In this document: in pieces, positions 27,121-42,071 of the stretch
Layout: each line of letters begins with the position of its first letter
How positions within the stretch are numbered: the first letter of the stretch is position 1
Assembly: GCA_965153455.1 (NCBI GenBank)
Contig: OZ234493.1
Span: 6,872,213 to 6,936,212 of the forward strand
DNA: 64,000 nucleotides
Source: Sphagnum compactum
Lineage: Eukaryota
Reading direction: 5' to 3'
The notes under the pieces: model-generated
Database searches by the model: none
Told to the model about the DNA's origin: nothing
What the model saw: the letters and a program-made list of their open reading frames with translations, nothing else
Position numbers and translations under genes: made by a program

Positions 27121-30100
27121 TTATAAGAAAAGTCTTTGACACTTTGGTTTGGGATACTTTTGTTTGTCAAACTATCATCACAACTCCAACATATTTAATT
27201 TAAGGTGGATAGCCAAAATTTCTTGCATTTTAATTCAACAACAAAAATAAGATCTACCTAACATAACAAACATCATAGTAGTTCACCCCAAAATTAAAAC
27301 TTAAAAAAAAGAAAAAAAAAACATTATGAATAAACGAATGATGAAAAAAATGTTGGCTTGTTTTTTAGTTGCTTTTTGCATAAGTGGGTTTCTTTTGCCT
27401 TTTTTGTTCAAACTTGTATGACAAGCCTGATGCTCAAAATTAGGATATCAATTTTTTCTTTCTTTCTTTATTTATTTATTTTTGCATGTATGCTCTTTTT
27501 TAGCCCCTCAACTGCAACCCATCCCGAAGATATATTTTTTGAGGGGCTAAAAAAAATGGTAAAAAGAGCAACATGCAAAAATAAAAAAAATAAAAAAAAT
27601 AAAAAATAAAAAATTGATATCTCAACTGCAAATTGATTTTGGCTCGGCTTTTTACACATGCACACAATGTTTTTTAAAAAACTATTCAAGGATTTTAGCC
27701 AAAGTGGCGACCCTCCATAGAAAAATTTGTAGACATAGTTGCAATTATCATTAGGAAGATTTTGCCAATTTTGGTTATAAACCCTAAGGGAGGAAAAAAA
27801 AAAAAAAACACTTTTGTTTTTTAAATTTCTGATTTTGAATTTCTCTTTTTGGCTATATTGTGCCAATATATTATTTTAAAAAAAACATTGCATGCAAAAA
27901 CATGTTCGTATAGAGACATTGTGCAACAAAGTTGCGTTGCCCGATGAGGTAGTGATGATTCAACAATTGGAGGAGGGTTTGGAAGTTGCTCACCTAATAT
28001 GAAATATAAGAGACTAAAAACATGCATTTCATGTATTTCTAAATACATAGACAACACTTGTATTTCCAAACATGATGAGCACAAAGGGTGTAGTAGACCA
28101 CCCACAACACAATACTCGAGTCTTTAAAGTATAAATATATATATAAACACACACACACACACAATTCTACATAAGCTTTGTACCAAACCCATATATGACG
28201 ATTTGATAACATCACATTCAAGCACTTGGTGGTTACGAGGTAGGTAGATGCATGTGGATGGTTTAGTGCAAAGCTAACTACTTTGGTTAGTACATAACCA
28301 ACCAAGGTGGTTAGCTCTTGGACGGGAATATACAATAAAAAAGGTGTGTTTCTTGTGTGCGCACACACACACACACACCATTCATCTTGCATGATGTGTT
28401 GGTGGGTGCTAGTTCACTTTGGCCCTTCATCAAGAACTTGCAAACAAAGAATTATAATAGGATTGGTACTTTACATGATTAAATAGGATTATGTCAAGTA
28501 TGCATGAATTAACATGCTTTCTATAGTTTTTGTAGAAGAGCATTGTTGAAGTTTTTGTGGAGGTTCACTAATTCTAAAAAAATTTGTGGAGGTTCACTAA
28601 TTGTAAAAAAAGAGAAAGATGTTAAACATGGGAAAAAAATTGTTTATTAATTTCAAAAGAGAGGGTGATTGAAAGAAGAAAAAAAAAAAGGAGATGGTGG
28701 TGAGATGTGGTAAAAGAAATATACTACTAAAAGGTTTGGTATTAATTAATTATGAGAAATAAAATTTTGAACTTTTGAGAAATTGTTAAGATGTATTTGG
28801 TTGATTCTTAAGACGTAAAATGTACACTTTTAAAAGTTTAAAAAAAAACATTTTTAACGTTTGTGTTGAAATCTTAGGAGACGATTAATGAATTATTAAC
28901 AATAAAAATTTGTTGAAATTGCTAGACTAATATGATAGTCCACACATTTCATATGAGAGGGAAGTTGGAAACATGAACAAAATGTTCACCCTTTCAAAAG
29001 GAGAGGGATGTTGAAAGAAATGAAAAAAAATTGTGCAACAGAGTCCATGGGAGAATGTATGTGCTTGGAAAGAATTTAGGAGAGAAAATTTGAAAAACTT
29101 AGAAAAATGTCAACCCATTTCAAAAGAGAAAGTGATTGAAGAAAGGAAAAGGGAAAAAATAATTCACTTATTAGAAAGTAAAGGAAGGTTGGGAAAGAAA
29201 AGATAAAATAAAATGTTCACCCATTTTAATTAAGAGGGAGGTTAAAGAGGGGAAAATAATAATAATAAATTTTTTTTGTCCATTTCAAAGGAGAAGGAGC
29301 TTGGAACAAGCTTTTTCTACTATTGAAAATTTACCAAAAAGTGAAACAAAAAATGAAATAATTATTGAGAATTTTAGTCATAAAAGACCAATTAAAAACA
29401 TTACCAATTTTTTTGCTAGTTTTCTACATTGGTTTCTAGTAGATAGCTGAAAATATAGAAATATTATTAGATTTTTAGAATTCCATATGTGGTCTTTGGC
29501 CAAAGGGATGATCATCACTTTAGGAACATGACAAAATTGACTAAAATTTGACAACTATTTTGATTATCTAGATCTAGAATAGTTTAGCAATTCACAAAGT
29601 AGCATACTCATATGTAAGAGTGTCAATTGAGTCATGTTAATAAATCCTTGCTTGCAAATTTGAGCTTGTCAAGCCTTACATCTTTCATGTATTGACTATC
29701 ATGTCTTTGCAATTACATTCATCCTTGCTTTGCACACCAACAAAATATTGTAATGAAGGTACAACCAAGAATATTTTGGACAAAGCCCCTCCTCCTTTAG
29801 TTGTCCTTTAATTTTTGCTCCCTTTTCCACACCCAAGTACAAACCTAGAAAAGACCCCCAACCCCAAATGATTTGTAACTCTTAACAATCGACAATATTC
29901 ACACAAAATGTTTCATAAAAAAAGAAAGGAAAAATCTTAAAAGCCAACAACATAAATATGAAGTATAGACTTGATTGTCATATTTCACTATAAATATATA
30001 TTTATATATGTTTACATAAATATTTATATAACCATAAAACCATCCCTTTTTTGGGGGGCATGGTTGAAGAGAGTAGTTGATTGATGAATGAGTACTAACT

Positions 30101-31321
30101 AGAGTTTATTAACCAATTGTTGGGTGCATATATAATAGTGTATCATGCCTCCAAATCCTTAAACAAACAACCTAAGCAAAATGTAGGTGCACCAACTTCA
30201 CACACCCTCTTGAGTCTTATCTTGCTTCTAAAGAAAAGGAGAGAAAGGGAGACTACAAACCAAAGGAAGAGTAACTAAAAGAGCAATCCAAGAGTAGAAG
30301 CTTCAAAGTTGCTTAAAGAGTAGAAGAAAGGGGGTCACCCACTCCCCTTCCAATTTCCTACCTACTTTTAAACCATCTTCAAGGACTTGACCCAAATGGG
30401 AAAAGGGACTTTTTTTATATAAAGGGAAAGAAGGGACCAAACATGGTAGTGGGAGAACAAATAGTAGGTGCTCTTCCTCTTCTCTTCCTCTCTTCTTGCT
30501 TTATGCATGACCTAGTTAGTGGTTTAGGTTTAGGGTTTAACTAAACCTAAACCACTAAACCTAAACCACCACATCACAACTTTGGCAATTCCAAACACCC
30601 CCAAAAGAATATCATAGTCCATGTGTTTTGCATTGTTCTCATTTGACAAAAACCAAAACATGTTAATATTATGGTCCCAATTCCCAATCGGCGTTTTCTT
30701 TCTTCCTCCCCCCCCCCCCCGAATTTTTTTTCAGTTTTTTCAGCAAAATTATTGGGAAAACTTAGGATTTTTCTTTTCTCTATTGTAAAGATTTTTGACT
30801 ATTTTTTTCTATTTTTTTCATAAAAATTCACCAAATTTTGATATCAATAATTTGGAAATATATATATATTTATAAAAAAAACACTGGTCCCAATGTTTCC
30901 CTTTTGTATTTAGAGAAACCTCATATGGTTGTGCCGCATATACCCGCTTCTTTAGGGTACATCAATTCAGAGAAAATAAGTCAAGTTAAATCGTAAGCCC
31001 GATATATCCAACAGGTATAATCCGGGTAAAAATTATACCCATCCTTATACCCATTAGTAAATTTTTTGGAATTTTACACAAAACTGGCAGTTCTTTGATT
31101 CTGAACTTTGCCGTTTTTTCAAATACCCGGTGCTGTCAGCTCTTGAATTCGAAACATTGAAAGGACCAGAAACCAACGGATATCAACCAAATCAAATACC
31201 CACCCAACGCAGCGGGTTAAACACTCCCCATGTAAAGGGGGGGTGGGCACTCCGGAAGAAGGGCAGGGCTATAAAAATGAAGTCCCCAATGCAGGGCAAC
31301 TACATAAGAGAGTTTCCATAT

Positions 31322-31484
31322 GCCCAAAAGATACCCTAAACCCATCAACCCAAAGGCCCAAAAGATACCCTAAACCCATCAACCCAAAGGCCCAAAAGAT
31401 ACCCTAAACCCATCAACCCAAAGGCCCAAAAGGTACCCTAAACCCATCAACCCAAAGGCCCAAAAGGTACCCTAAACCCTAAAC
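31322..31484. repeat. 34-bp minisatellite, ~4.7 copies, containing CCCTAAA
   Basis: GCCCAAAAG(A/G)TACCCTAAACCCATCAACCCAAAG occurs at 31322, 31356, 31390 and 31424, with a partial copy at 31458. Confidence 0.95.
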
Positions 31485-34400
31485 CCCACACTTAGGGTCA
31501 TTAGTGATTTACTTATGGTCCTTTTGGTGCACAATATGAACATAATAGGCATGCCACTCCTACTTTGTCCTTCTTGATTTATTATTATTATTATTTATGG
31601 AAATTATTTGGGGTGTTTAGTCGGGATCGTATTTCACAAGTTAAACATCCATTAGGGCTAATTCTTCTCTATTACTTGACTAATTCTTCTCATGCTAAAT
31701 TGGCCATTCGGCTTTCCATGGACCTAATTAGTAGGCCTTGGCAAAGTGCAACCCATGAATCCCTCACCCTTTTGGGCTATCGAGTTACCATGCAAAAAGT
31801 CGTGGATATAATTAAAATTTACAAAAAAAATGGAAAAATAGTTTTTAAAAAAATATTATTTATAGATATTTTCTTTCAATTGAGGAAAACCATGTTTCAA
31901 GGAATTGCTATCCCCTAATTTAATTATTTTAATTTGATGCCCAATTTTTTCATTCTAAAATTTTCAGCAAATAAAAAATATACTTAATAAAACCAAAACA
32001 AATCTTAAAACTTTTTGTGTTGTCATTGTGGTTAAATAGTTTTGATTTAGTGTTTATCTAATTGGACTTCAAGTGTTGCTATAATATATATTTTGACTGA
32101 GTTTTTGAAATTTTTGATGGATAGTGTTGAATGTTTTTCAAAAAATCGACAACAGTAAAAATAATTTAATTTATGCCAAAATTGCCCATGTACTACTACA
32201 TTAGTCATGTCCAAAATGATATGTCACCACCAAAAGCTTCCAATGTGGTTGTAGGAAAATTTGCCTATGGACATGAAGATACAATTGATGGCACCTTAAA
32301 GAGTCAACAATGATGACCAACACTCAAGATCAAGAGTTACAAGTTGAATTTCATGTTTATGTGCCATAACATAAAGGCTTCATGCTATATTGCCCTCATC
32401 CAACTCCATAGGCTTGTTGTTTTGTGCTTTGTATGGTTTTGCATAGAATTGCGCAATTCATGTTGTAATATTTTGCGAAAAAAGACAATTGATATTTTGT
32501 CAATCTTCGTTTGTGGGATTTGAACCCATTATCAAAATTATATCCAATTTCACTAAAAAAAATTTAACATTTCAATTGATTATTCAAACCTTATGGTAAA
32601 ATTATGTAGGGTGTTGTAGAACTTTTTCTAATGCTTTTTTTGGACACCTTGCAAAGTTCAATGGGAGATGTGTTCATGGGAGTTACTCCCATTTTTTTGA
32701 AGTGTAAATGGAGGACATGTGACCTAGTGTATTTTTTCCTCCACTATTAAGCCCTTAACTTAAGGCTTTATCGGAATTAGACCCATGCTCAACTCTGCTT
32801 TGCATGGACCTTTATTTGAATAAAGCTTGTGGCCTCAAGCTTTATCTTACACTTTATTTGCAAAGGGTACATAATAATAAGGATGAAAAGGAATGGAAAA
32901 TGCCGGGATTAAAAAAGTCTTGGGGATACCACCAATGGCAAGTATGATAAATGTTAAGGGAGAATGGGAAATGAGTTGCCAAAGGAAAATAAATCAATTA
33001 AAAAGAAGCTAATAAGCTCAATTCATTCTCACCATGAAAAGCAAGTAGGAACAAATCGAAGGTGAGATTGGAAGGTGGGTCCACACAAATGGGCAAAGAG
33101 AAAGCAAACGCAAGTACGAGTACTCAACTTAGAATTGAAAAGGTTTGCATCAAATTTGTTGTTCACAATTCACACCTTTTAAATGTACATTGGGTGTTTC
33201 TCTATTTTTTTTTTAAATTGTAATTTCTAAAAAAAGGGTTATTGGTCCAAATAACAACCCAACCATGCCATGATATTGAAATTTTGTTGCATTTTGGAAA
33301 ATACCCAACTTTTGAAGTAATTAACCTTTTAATGCATAACGAGATGTGAAGACATTTGGAAAGAAAAGAAGGTGGTGGTGGTGGTGATTTGGGAGTCAAT
33401 GGGGCATGCAAGCAAGGTGTTGTTGAAGAACATTTTGTGATAGAAAATAGTGAGTGAAAAGTTTCAAGTTGGCGCTTAAAAGGGTTCTCTCCTATGCATG
33501 AATCCCTTTGGGGTTTAGGGTTTATATAATGACTTATGAAACGCCAAAAGAGTCCAAACACATGAATTTTTGGTACCAATTTTGAACCACCAAAAGTTGT
33601 ATCGAATTGGTAGCAATTGGCAAAGGCATGTTTGTGTGTGTTTCTCACCTCTCATATTTAACCTTCTCTTGCTTGTTTGCCCTTCTTTTTCATTTCCTCT
33701 TTCTAACCTTGGTTAAGTTTTAACCTTTCTCCAAGGTTACAAGTTGCAACCCGTGTTCTTGCTTCAGATTTGACTTTTTGGTTGGTTTTGTTCGAGTTCT
33801 CTGAGGGGCCGTTCAAAACCCATTTTACACAAGTTTTTGCTTGTTTCTTTTTTTTAAACAAAAATACTTTTTTTTTTGTTTTTTTTTTAAAATTGGGCTT
33901 AGACATGTTGTTCATTTGAGAAAAGAAATCGAGTGTGCATTTTTTTGGAGGAATAAATTTTGGGATGGGGTTGGTAGAGGTGGCATTAAGAATGCAATTG
34001 TTACTTTTGAAACTTGTCAAGTTTTTGTCTTTTTCTTTTGGTTTAGATATGTAGTTGATATTGGTGGTCAATTTTTATTGATTATATTAGTTATAGTAAT
34101 TTAAAGTATTTCAATTTTGGGCTATGTGTAGGTAGGTAGAATTGGATCTGAACTGGGCTTACTTATGAATTTTTCTAAACAACTAACTGGGAATGGGAGT
34201 TTTGAAATGTGAAAAATGGAGGTCTAAATCAATCTAGAGGTCGTATCAATTTTTTTTAGAAAATGTTTAAACTAAAATCAAGAATCATTTCCATTTTCTG
34301 AAAAAAAGTTGAAATTAGGATTGGAAGTTCTTCTTTTTCAAAAGAACCAAATAACATTGGTTGCAATTAGTGTTGGTAGGTTCATGGTATTGGCCATGTT

Positions 34401-35199
34401 TAGGTCCTAGGTTGAGTTTTGTGATATGGAGATCAAACGTTCAAAATCAAAAATAAATTTATTAGAATGCTTACAAACTTTGATGTAATAACCAATGTTG
34501 GAAGGTTCTAGGATTTAGCAAAAGTTCAAGTCTAGATAATAGGTCAAAATTTAGGGTTTTTAATCAAAGATTTAAAGTTTGTTGGAATTGCCATTGGAAC
34601 TAACCTAGCAATCATCTTCTTTTCAAAATTGAATTAGAATCTCAACGGTGTTAGCGTAGAGCAGCCGATGACCGAACACTTAAGGGTTCAAAGAGTTGAT
34701 GCATCTCAGATGTTGCTCCATTGTAGCAAGAGCTTAAATAAAAGTTGTAAATCTAAAAGTTGTGCATCCAAGGGCGTTTGAATCATAAATAAGGCTCAAG
34801 AAATGAGCAAGTTATGCATATTTTAATGTCCGGGGCTCAAAAACACGACAAGAAAATCCCTTGATCACTCAACAACGCATCAACATTAGCATGCTCATGC
34901 ATGAACAAATGTTTGATGATCCATGATCGAACATTATTACCCTCTTCACAAATATTGAATGCATCATAAGGATGAACAAAAAAGGGCACAAAAATGTTCA
35001 TCTTTGGTTTCAACGGACATGATTAAAAAAAAGTTTTTTAATTGATGGTGGTAGGGGCAAAAGAGAATGAAACCCTAATTTTGTTCTTCATTCTTGGCCA
35101 CTGCCACCTCCGCCTTCGGCTACATCTACCAAAAATTTGCACGCATTTCCTTTCTTTGGAGTAGGTAATCATGATGTTGCGCTACATTGCTTAAAGCTC

Positions 35200-36470
35200 A
35201 AGCATTTCAAGCTTGTTCCTTTTTAGCTATAGCTGTTAGTGATCTTGGTCTTGGTGGTCTTCATCTTGCATCTCATGTTTATAATTACTTGTGACCCTCC
35301 TAGTCGCAATCCTCATGTTGATCATTGTCTTCCTTTTCCTCCCTCTTGGCTACAGCTATTAATGACCTTCATGGTTTTCATGATCTTGATCTTGGTAGTT
35401 TGAATCTTGCATCTTTTATGCTTGCATCTTTTACAGTTGTTCACAACCTTCCTAGTCACAATCCTCATGTTGATCGTTGTCTTCCTTTTCCTTTCTCTTG
35501 GTTGTAGTTATTAACGACCCTTTTGGTCGTTGTGATCTTGATCTTGGTGGTCTGAGTTTTGCATTTCTTGTAGCTGCTTGCAACCTTCATAGTCATGATC
35601 CTCATGTTGATCATTATTTTTCTTTTCTTCCTTCTTGGCTACACCTACTAATGACCTTCTCAGTCGTTGTGATTTTGATATTGAAGGTTTGAATCTTATA
35701 TATGTTATGTTTGCATCTTTTGCAACTGCTTCCGACCTTCTTGGTCACAGTTCTCATGTTGATCGTCGTCTTCCTTTTCCTCCCTCTTGGTTACAACTAC
35801 TAACAACCATCTTGGTCGTCATGATCATGATATTAGTGGTTTGAGTCTTGCATTTCTTGTGCTCACAACCCTCTTGGTCATAGTCTTCATGTTGATCGTC
35901 ATTTTCCTTCTCCTCCTTCTTGGTTGCAGCTGCTAATGCCCCTCCTAGTCGTTGTGATCTTGATATTGGTGGTCCTTGTCTTGCATCTCTTGTGTTTATA
36001 GCAGCTTGTGACCCTCTTATTCGTGATCTTCATATTGATCATTGTCTTTCTTTTCCTCCCTCTTGGTTACAATTACTACCAACCTTCTTGGTCGTTGTGA
36101 TCTTGATTTTGGTGGTTTGAGTATTACATCTCTTGTGTTTTCAATTGTTTGCGACCCTCTTGGTCATGATCCTCATGTTGATCGTTGTCTTTTTTTCTCT
36201 CCTTCATGGCTATAACCGCTAGTGACCTTCTTGGTCGTTGTGATCTTGATCTTGGTGGTCTGAGTTTTGCATCTTTTTTGCTTACAACTGCATTGATCCT
36301 TGCAGTCGTGATTTTGATATTCATGGTCTTGGTTGCAACTGTTGGTGATCCTCCTAGTTATGGTCTTGGTTGCAATTGTCGACAATCCTCCTAGTTGTGG
36401 TTTTGATTATAGTTGTTAGCATTCCTCTTGGTTGTGGTCTTGGTTGTAATTATTGGTGATCCTCCTAAAC
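35200..36470. repeat. Degenerate tandem array of ~130-150-bp units, probably TE-associated
   Basis: Recurring CCTCATGTTGATC(A/G)TTGTCTTCCTTTTCCTCCCTCTTGG..GGTCGTTGTGATCTTGATCTTGGTGGT, about 7 units, followed by shorter ~33-bp subunits. Confidence 0.85.
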
Positions 36471-39400
36471 CCTAACTCCCCCCTTTTTCTTTGGTTACTT
36501 AGTAAAATGAAGTAGGCGCACTTTAACGTGACCGCGAGCAAGTAATCTAGCCCTTGTTTATAAACTTGCCTCCCATTGTGCTGGAGTAAACCCTGAAAAC
36601 CTTATAATTAGATTGATCTTTGACCCTTGTGTAGACCAATAAGCTCGAAAATGTTCATGTAGATGCTGCCATGTTTCCTTAACAATTATTATAGACTAAT
36701 TGTATTCAAAATCTATTATTGCACTTCTGGTAGCTACACATTGAGATGCATGTTCATCTACAGTGAAATAAATTGCAAAACTTTAAACCCTATTTTCTTC
36801 CCTTTCTTTGTGACGTGTTTCCCTAATTACCTTTACAACTACCTTCTCCATAGCCGTCTTATGCATAATTGCTAAGTATTTAACATTGATCACAACATGA
36901 AACTGTGAATAGTCCACTAATGGCTCCTTTCCTCTAGTTTGTTTTGCAGGCAGATGAATGAGCAACAACAATTGGTGCATTATCATGGTATCTTGAGTCA
37001 AGTTCAAAGAATTGTTCTTCTTGCACTTGCTCTTAATTAAAGTTTTTTAAATTTACTATTAAATGTGTAGGCATCCCCCCCCTCCCCCCCCCCTTAAACC
37101 AAACCCCCAAACCCTTGTAAATGTTCCATACAACACCCTTTATTGAACCCTAACAAATCTGCAAAGTGAAAAAATGTGTTCAAAGTTGGCAAATTGCAAA
37201 AGAAAAATTGTAAATCCATTCACAAAAACACCCATCTCCAAACAACCAAACCCTATCATCACACATGGGTATTTTTTTGGGTCAAGTAAGCATGCACAAC
37301 TATTCATCTTATACCCTCTAGCACACACAATAATCCCTAAAGGCACTCCTTTATTTTTTTAAAAACCATTCTGGAACTACCCCCTACACTGATCATAAAA
37401 TAGCCCCCCTTGAATAGTAGAGGTCAAAAATCCAAACTATAATTAATATTGTATTTTAAAAAATTTGAACCACATGTACTAGTTGAACAAACTAATATTA
37501 CATACAATTTTTTTTTGTTTAATTGTGTGTAATGGAGATGGAATCAGGCCTAGTTTTAAACCATACCCAACTTTAAAGTTTTTGTGAAAATGATCGAATC
37601 AAAGGTTTTAGATTTTGAAAAAATCAAATTTCAAGACCAAACCTAAGGTTCGATCAAAAACAAAAGGAGAGTTGAAATTGAGTGTCAAGGTTCCTTTCAA
37701 AATCAAGAACCAAACAACATTAGTAAGAACCATTATTGTGTAAGTATATGGTTAGCTAGGTCAAGTGAACAAGTCATAAATTGAGTGGTTTAAGGCAAGT
37801 ATAAACCCCATACTTATGATAATCTAGTCCATCTCATTAGAATGACCCTTGATACATGGACACGCAATTTAGGTTGGGTTCGTTGCTTGAGGGATGAATG
37901 GTTCTTAATAACCTTTTCATCTTGGAAAATGTGGTGGTGTCTAGGAATTTGTTCAACGATAATAGGTCAATTTGGTAATTTACATGATCCTCAAACATAA
38001 ATATTTCAAATATAAATGTTCCAAAGTCCTTTTAGGATCGTCATATTTTAACCTAGTAGTTCAATTAGAATTGCCGATTCTTATATCATTGAAGGTGGTA
38101 CACCTAATGGCCCAAAATGCTTTATGACTTTCAATTACCTTTACAACTAATGGCAAGTTGAACACACCACACAAAGCAATGTTAAATGTATCCTATTGTA
38201 ACCAAACTATACATGATTCTAGTCATAAGTTAATTGGTCACCCCAAAAAACCATGAGTTAAACTAGGGTTGTGTGGTTCTTTGATTTTGTTGATAAACAT
38301 CGAATCCATATTTTTGAATTGTTAAAAACTAAAAAAATATCATGTTCAGTTTTATGAAAATTTTCAAAATCAGAAAACTTAGGGTTTTGAATTTTTTTTT
38401 AAAAAGCTAACATTTTTCATGAAAGACCTAGCAAAGATCTCATGATTTTAAAGTAGTTTCTTTCAATTTTGTGCAAGTTTTGTTTTTTAAAAACCTCCAA
38501 TCCTGGTTTTAATATTGTAAATTTTATTTAAAATTTTTTAAAATACAAATTTGAACTTCCAATTTCTAAACCCTTTGATTCCGATTCTAGCACACTTTTT
38601 CAAAATTAAGGACCTCTAGGCCTAGTTCAAAAACCGGGTTTGGTTTAGGTACAAACTACACATTCCTGAATGCTAGAGATTATGTGGGTATAAAGTTTTA
38701 CAAAACATTAAAATAAGATCTATGTAAGTATTGAGTTTAACAAATAATAAAACTTAATGCTTAACCACCTTACCCTAAGGTCAATTTTGTCATTAAATAA
38801 TCCTCAAAATAGTGAAATGAAATTTTGTGAAATATGAAGTTGACATGATGAAAATCATCATAATCATAGACTACACTCTGAATAATTTCACTACTCATAT
38901 CACCATATAATAATAGTAGATGATGGGGAAAAAAAAAAAATCAAAACTAAAGAACAAATTCATTTTTTGAAATTTAACAATTATTCATTTTGTCAATGTG
39001 GAGACTAACCCTAGGCTATGATATAAAGTTCAACCTACTTGTTAACATTTTTAAAAAAATATAGATTACCTATTTAAAAATCTTGACCTTCTTTTTAAAA
39101 GTTTTGCTTCACCACGGTTTCAAATCTAATGAAGGACTATCGCAATCGTCTAGTTCTTGTGCCAATTCCAACAAAAGGGCGTCAATTGGGGCATAAGAAC
39201 TTACACCTTATGTTTTATCTTTCAAATTGAATACCCTCCCAACATTAGTTTCTTTGACCTAGTTCTTGAACAAAAAAATGAAACCCTACTTAAAAATCAA
39301 AACCAAAACCACTTCTATGATGTTAGAGAATAGGTGGTCATGGGTCCAAGCTAGGTCTTTGATGTTTTGAGAACCATCAATCAAGCTTCCATATACCTAA

Positions 39401-39626
39401 CCATTACTTGTTGGTTCTTTCTTTGGAAAAGAGATTATTGCCCAATGCAATGCTAGGTTAAACCTTGGGTGAAGGGTCAAGCTCTGATGGTACATGTGTT
39501 AGAAAATGATTAGAAAGTGACCACCTTCAAAAGGTGTCCTATAGGGGTCAAAGGTCAATTCATTGGTAAACTAATAAAGACATGTGTAATTCACCATGTC
39601 TTTGGGCCTCCTTTCACCCTTCTTTT

Positions 39627-39957
39627 TGTGGTATCCGTAAAGTAACGAAATTTTATTAAATCTCAGTATGAAATGCTAAAACTCAGCATTTAATGCACAA
39701 AGTTCAAAAGGAATTATAGTAGGAGCTGTACAGGTAGGAGCAGTGAAAATATATGTAGCAGCAGTGGAGGCACTCAGGAAAAAAGAAAGACAGGGTGATG
39801 AAAATCAGAAGTCCATCAAAATTGGTGGCTTTCTGAGTTTCACCCCTGTTGAATGCTAATGTACTATTTGGCAGGTTTCTTTTAAAAACTGAACCCCTTT
39901 AAAGGGACCAAACTCAGGGTTCTGGTGTTGTATTTTCCTTACTTTACAGATAACTCT
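39627..39957 (+). mobile_element. MITE family A copy (~330 bp)
   Basis: Imperfect TIRs TGTGGTATCCGTAAAGTAACGAAA ... TTTCCTTACTTTACAGATAACTCT. The internal sequence is shared with 61772-62374 and, inverted, with ~21660-21850. Confidence 0.8.
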
Positions 39958-41966
39958 ATTATTTCATTAGAAAAACTAACCTCTATGACCCATTTATTGG
40001 GAAACCAATCTGATCCCAAGAAGTCATCCAAATAGAAATGGGGACTTCTAATGAAATGTCATTCCTTATGCCCAAGTGCCAACTTGGAAGTGAGTTGGAT
40101 TAAGGATCAACAAGTTTCATCTCATAAGTGATGAATTGTTTTCATCTTTAACCATTTTTTGATTATCCTCTTCAAATATAATTGTTGATCAATCAACTAA
40201 TCCAACAATGACATTTTTTTCAAGGAAAGGTTTAGGGTTCAAAAAATAGAGTTTCCACTCATTAGTTGCACCCATCCAAGAAAACCTAATGGATCCTTAA
40301 AACCCAAGGAAATGTTGTTCAAAGTTTAGATTCTGCCAATCCCAAAAAATTTACAATTTCACATGATTCTGAACTCCACAGTCTAAAGGACCAGACATCA
40401 TTGCTAAAAAATATACTAATAATAATATCGCAAATTCAAGTGTTAAAAAAAATGTTGAAGTGTTTGGGTACAAAATACTAGGGTCGAAATATATTGGCAA
40501 AATGGAAAAGCTTTCATATCCCATATTGTTGCCCCAATTTTTGAAATTGTTGGAAACCGAAAATCAAATTTGATGTTATGAATTCCAACATACAATAAGT
40601 ACCAAGAGTGTGCCCAAGTTTCCTTATAATTTATAATTTTAATTTTACTAAATTTTCAATACCAATGTTTTTCAAAATTCAATAACTCTTGTGCCATAAG
40701 ATCTAAACATTACAAAATTACCTTAGTGTGCCCTTATTCATTGAATGATTTCTCACATACCAAGAGCATGGTGAAGGGTGTTCTAGTTTGGGAGTTCTCA
40801 AGGTGACAAAACAAAGCAAATGAAACAAGTGGCTTTGCCACGAGAGGCTCCGTCCTAAAATATGATGTATAATGAAATCCTACTAAAAAATGCAATGTAA
40901 TTGTTTTCATTATATGGACTTGAGTTAAATTGTATAGAGTTGATTGACTTCAAAAGGAATAATGTTTAATTTCAAATTTTGTGATGTAGTTTAAAAAGGC
41001 AATCTTTTTACAAATGTGAGAAGACATTTCCCAAGGTTATATAATGTTGACCTATGAATTATACATTGTAAAAATTTAAAGGAATATATTTAACAAATTA
41101 TTGTTCTTAATTATTTAAATTGTTAAAGAATGTAATGTAATATTTAAAATCAGTTTACCTAAAATAATTTTAAAAATTCAAAAAAAATTCATGCAAAAGA
41201 ATAAAAATAAATTATATATATATAACTACTTTTCACAAGAACATCCAAAATTATTTAAAATTAAAAGCAAAGTTAGATTTTATCTTCAATTTTCATTTTT
41301 ACAATCATCCTAATTCTTTAGATATTTATGATAAATTTTTGTATGTGAAAGTCATGTTTAACTTCACTTTGGAAAGGAAGCTCTTTTTAAACATATGTGA
41401 GAAAGATGTAAGAATAATGGTTAAAAAGAAGAAGGTTTATCAATTTTTATAGTATTTAAAAAAATTATTATGGAATGTACTTTATTAGTCAAATTAGTTT
41501 TTAAAAATTAAGTTATGATCATTTGCTTTCACTTTGAAATGAAAGTTGTCAAAACGTATTAGAGAAAGAGGCAAGGATAATGGTAGAGGATGTGGAGGTT
41601 TTGAAAGGGGCTTGAAAACTAGTTGCAAAGGTAAAGGTAATGGTTTTCATTTTTTTTTTAACCCAAAAAAAAAATTAAATGAAATTAAAAAATCAACCAA
41701 AAAGAAAGAAAAAAAAAAACTAAACATTGGGTGGGCACCCATATGGAATATGGGAGGGAAAAAAAGAAAAAAGAAACTTTGAAACTAATATTGGACGGTT
41801 GCTTGATATTATTTCCCTTGAATACCAATTTTGTTTTTTGAAATTTTGTTTTAATCGTAAAAAAATTGCCACAATTATCTACAATATATATCGTGCTTAA
41901 GGGAGTGACCCCTCCGTGTGTTGAGAGGCTAACCCTTGTATCCCAAGTGGTTGCCCAAGGGTAGGC

Positions 41967-42071
41967 TAAGGCCCTAGGGATATGTAGGTAGAGTAAGGCC
42001 CAAGTGTAGGGTAAGGCCCTAGGGATATGTAGGTAGAGTAAGGCCCAAGTGTAGGGTAAGGCCCTAGGGAT
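41967..42071. repeat. 45-bp tandem repeat (2.3 copies)
   Basis: TAAGGCCCTAGGGATATGTAGGTAGAGTAAGGCCCAAGTGTAGGG at 41967 and 42012, partial copy at 42057. Confidence 0.9.
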
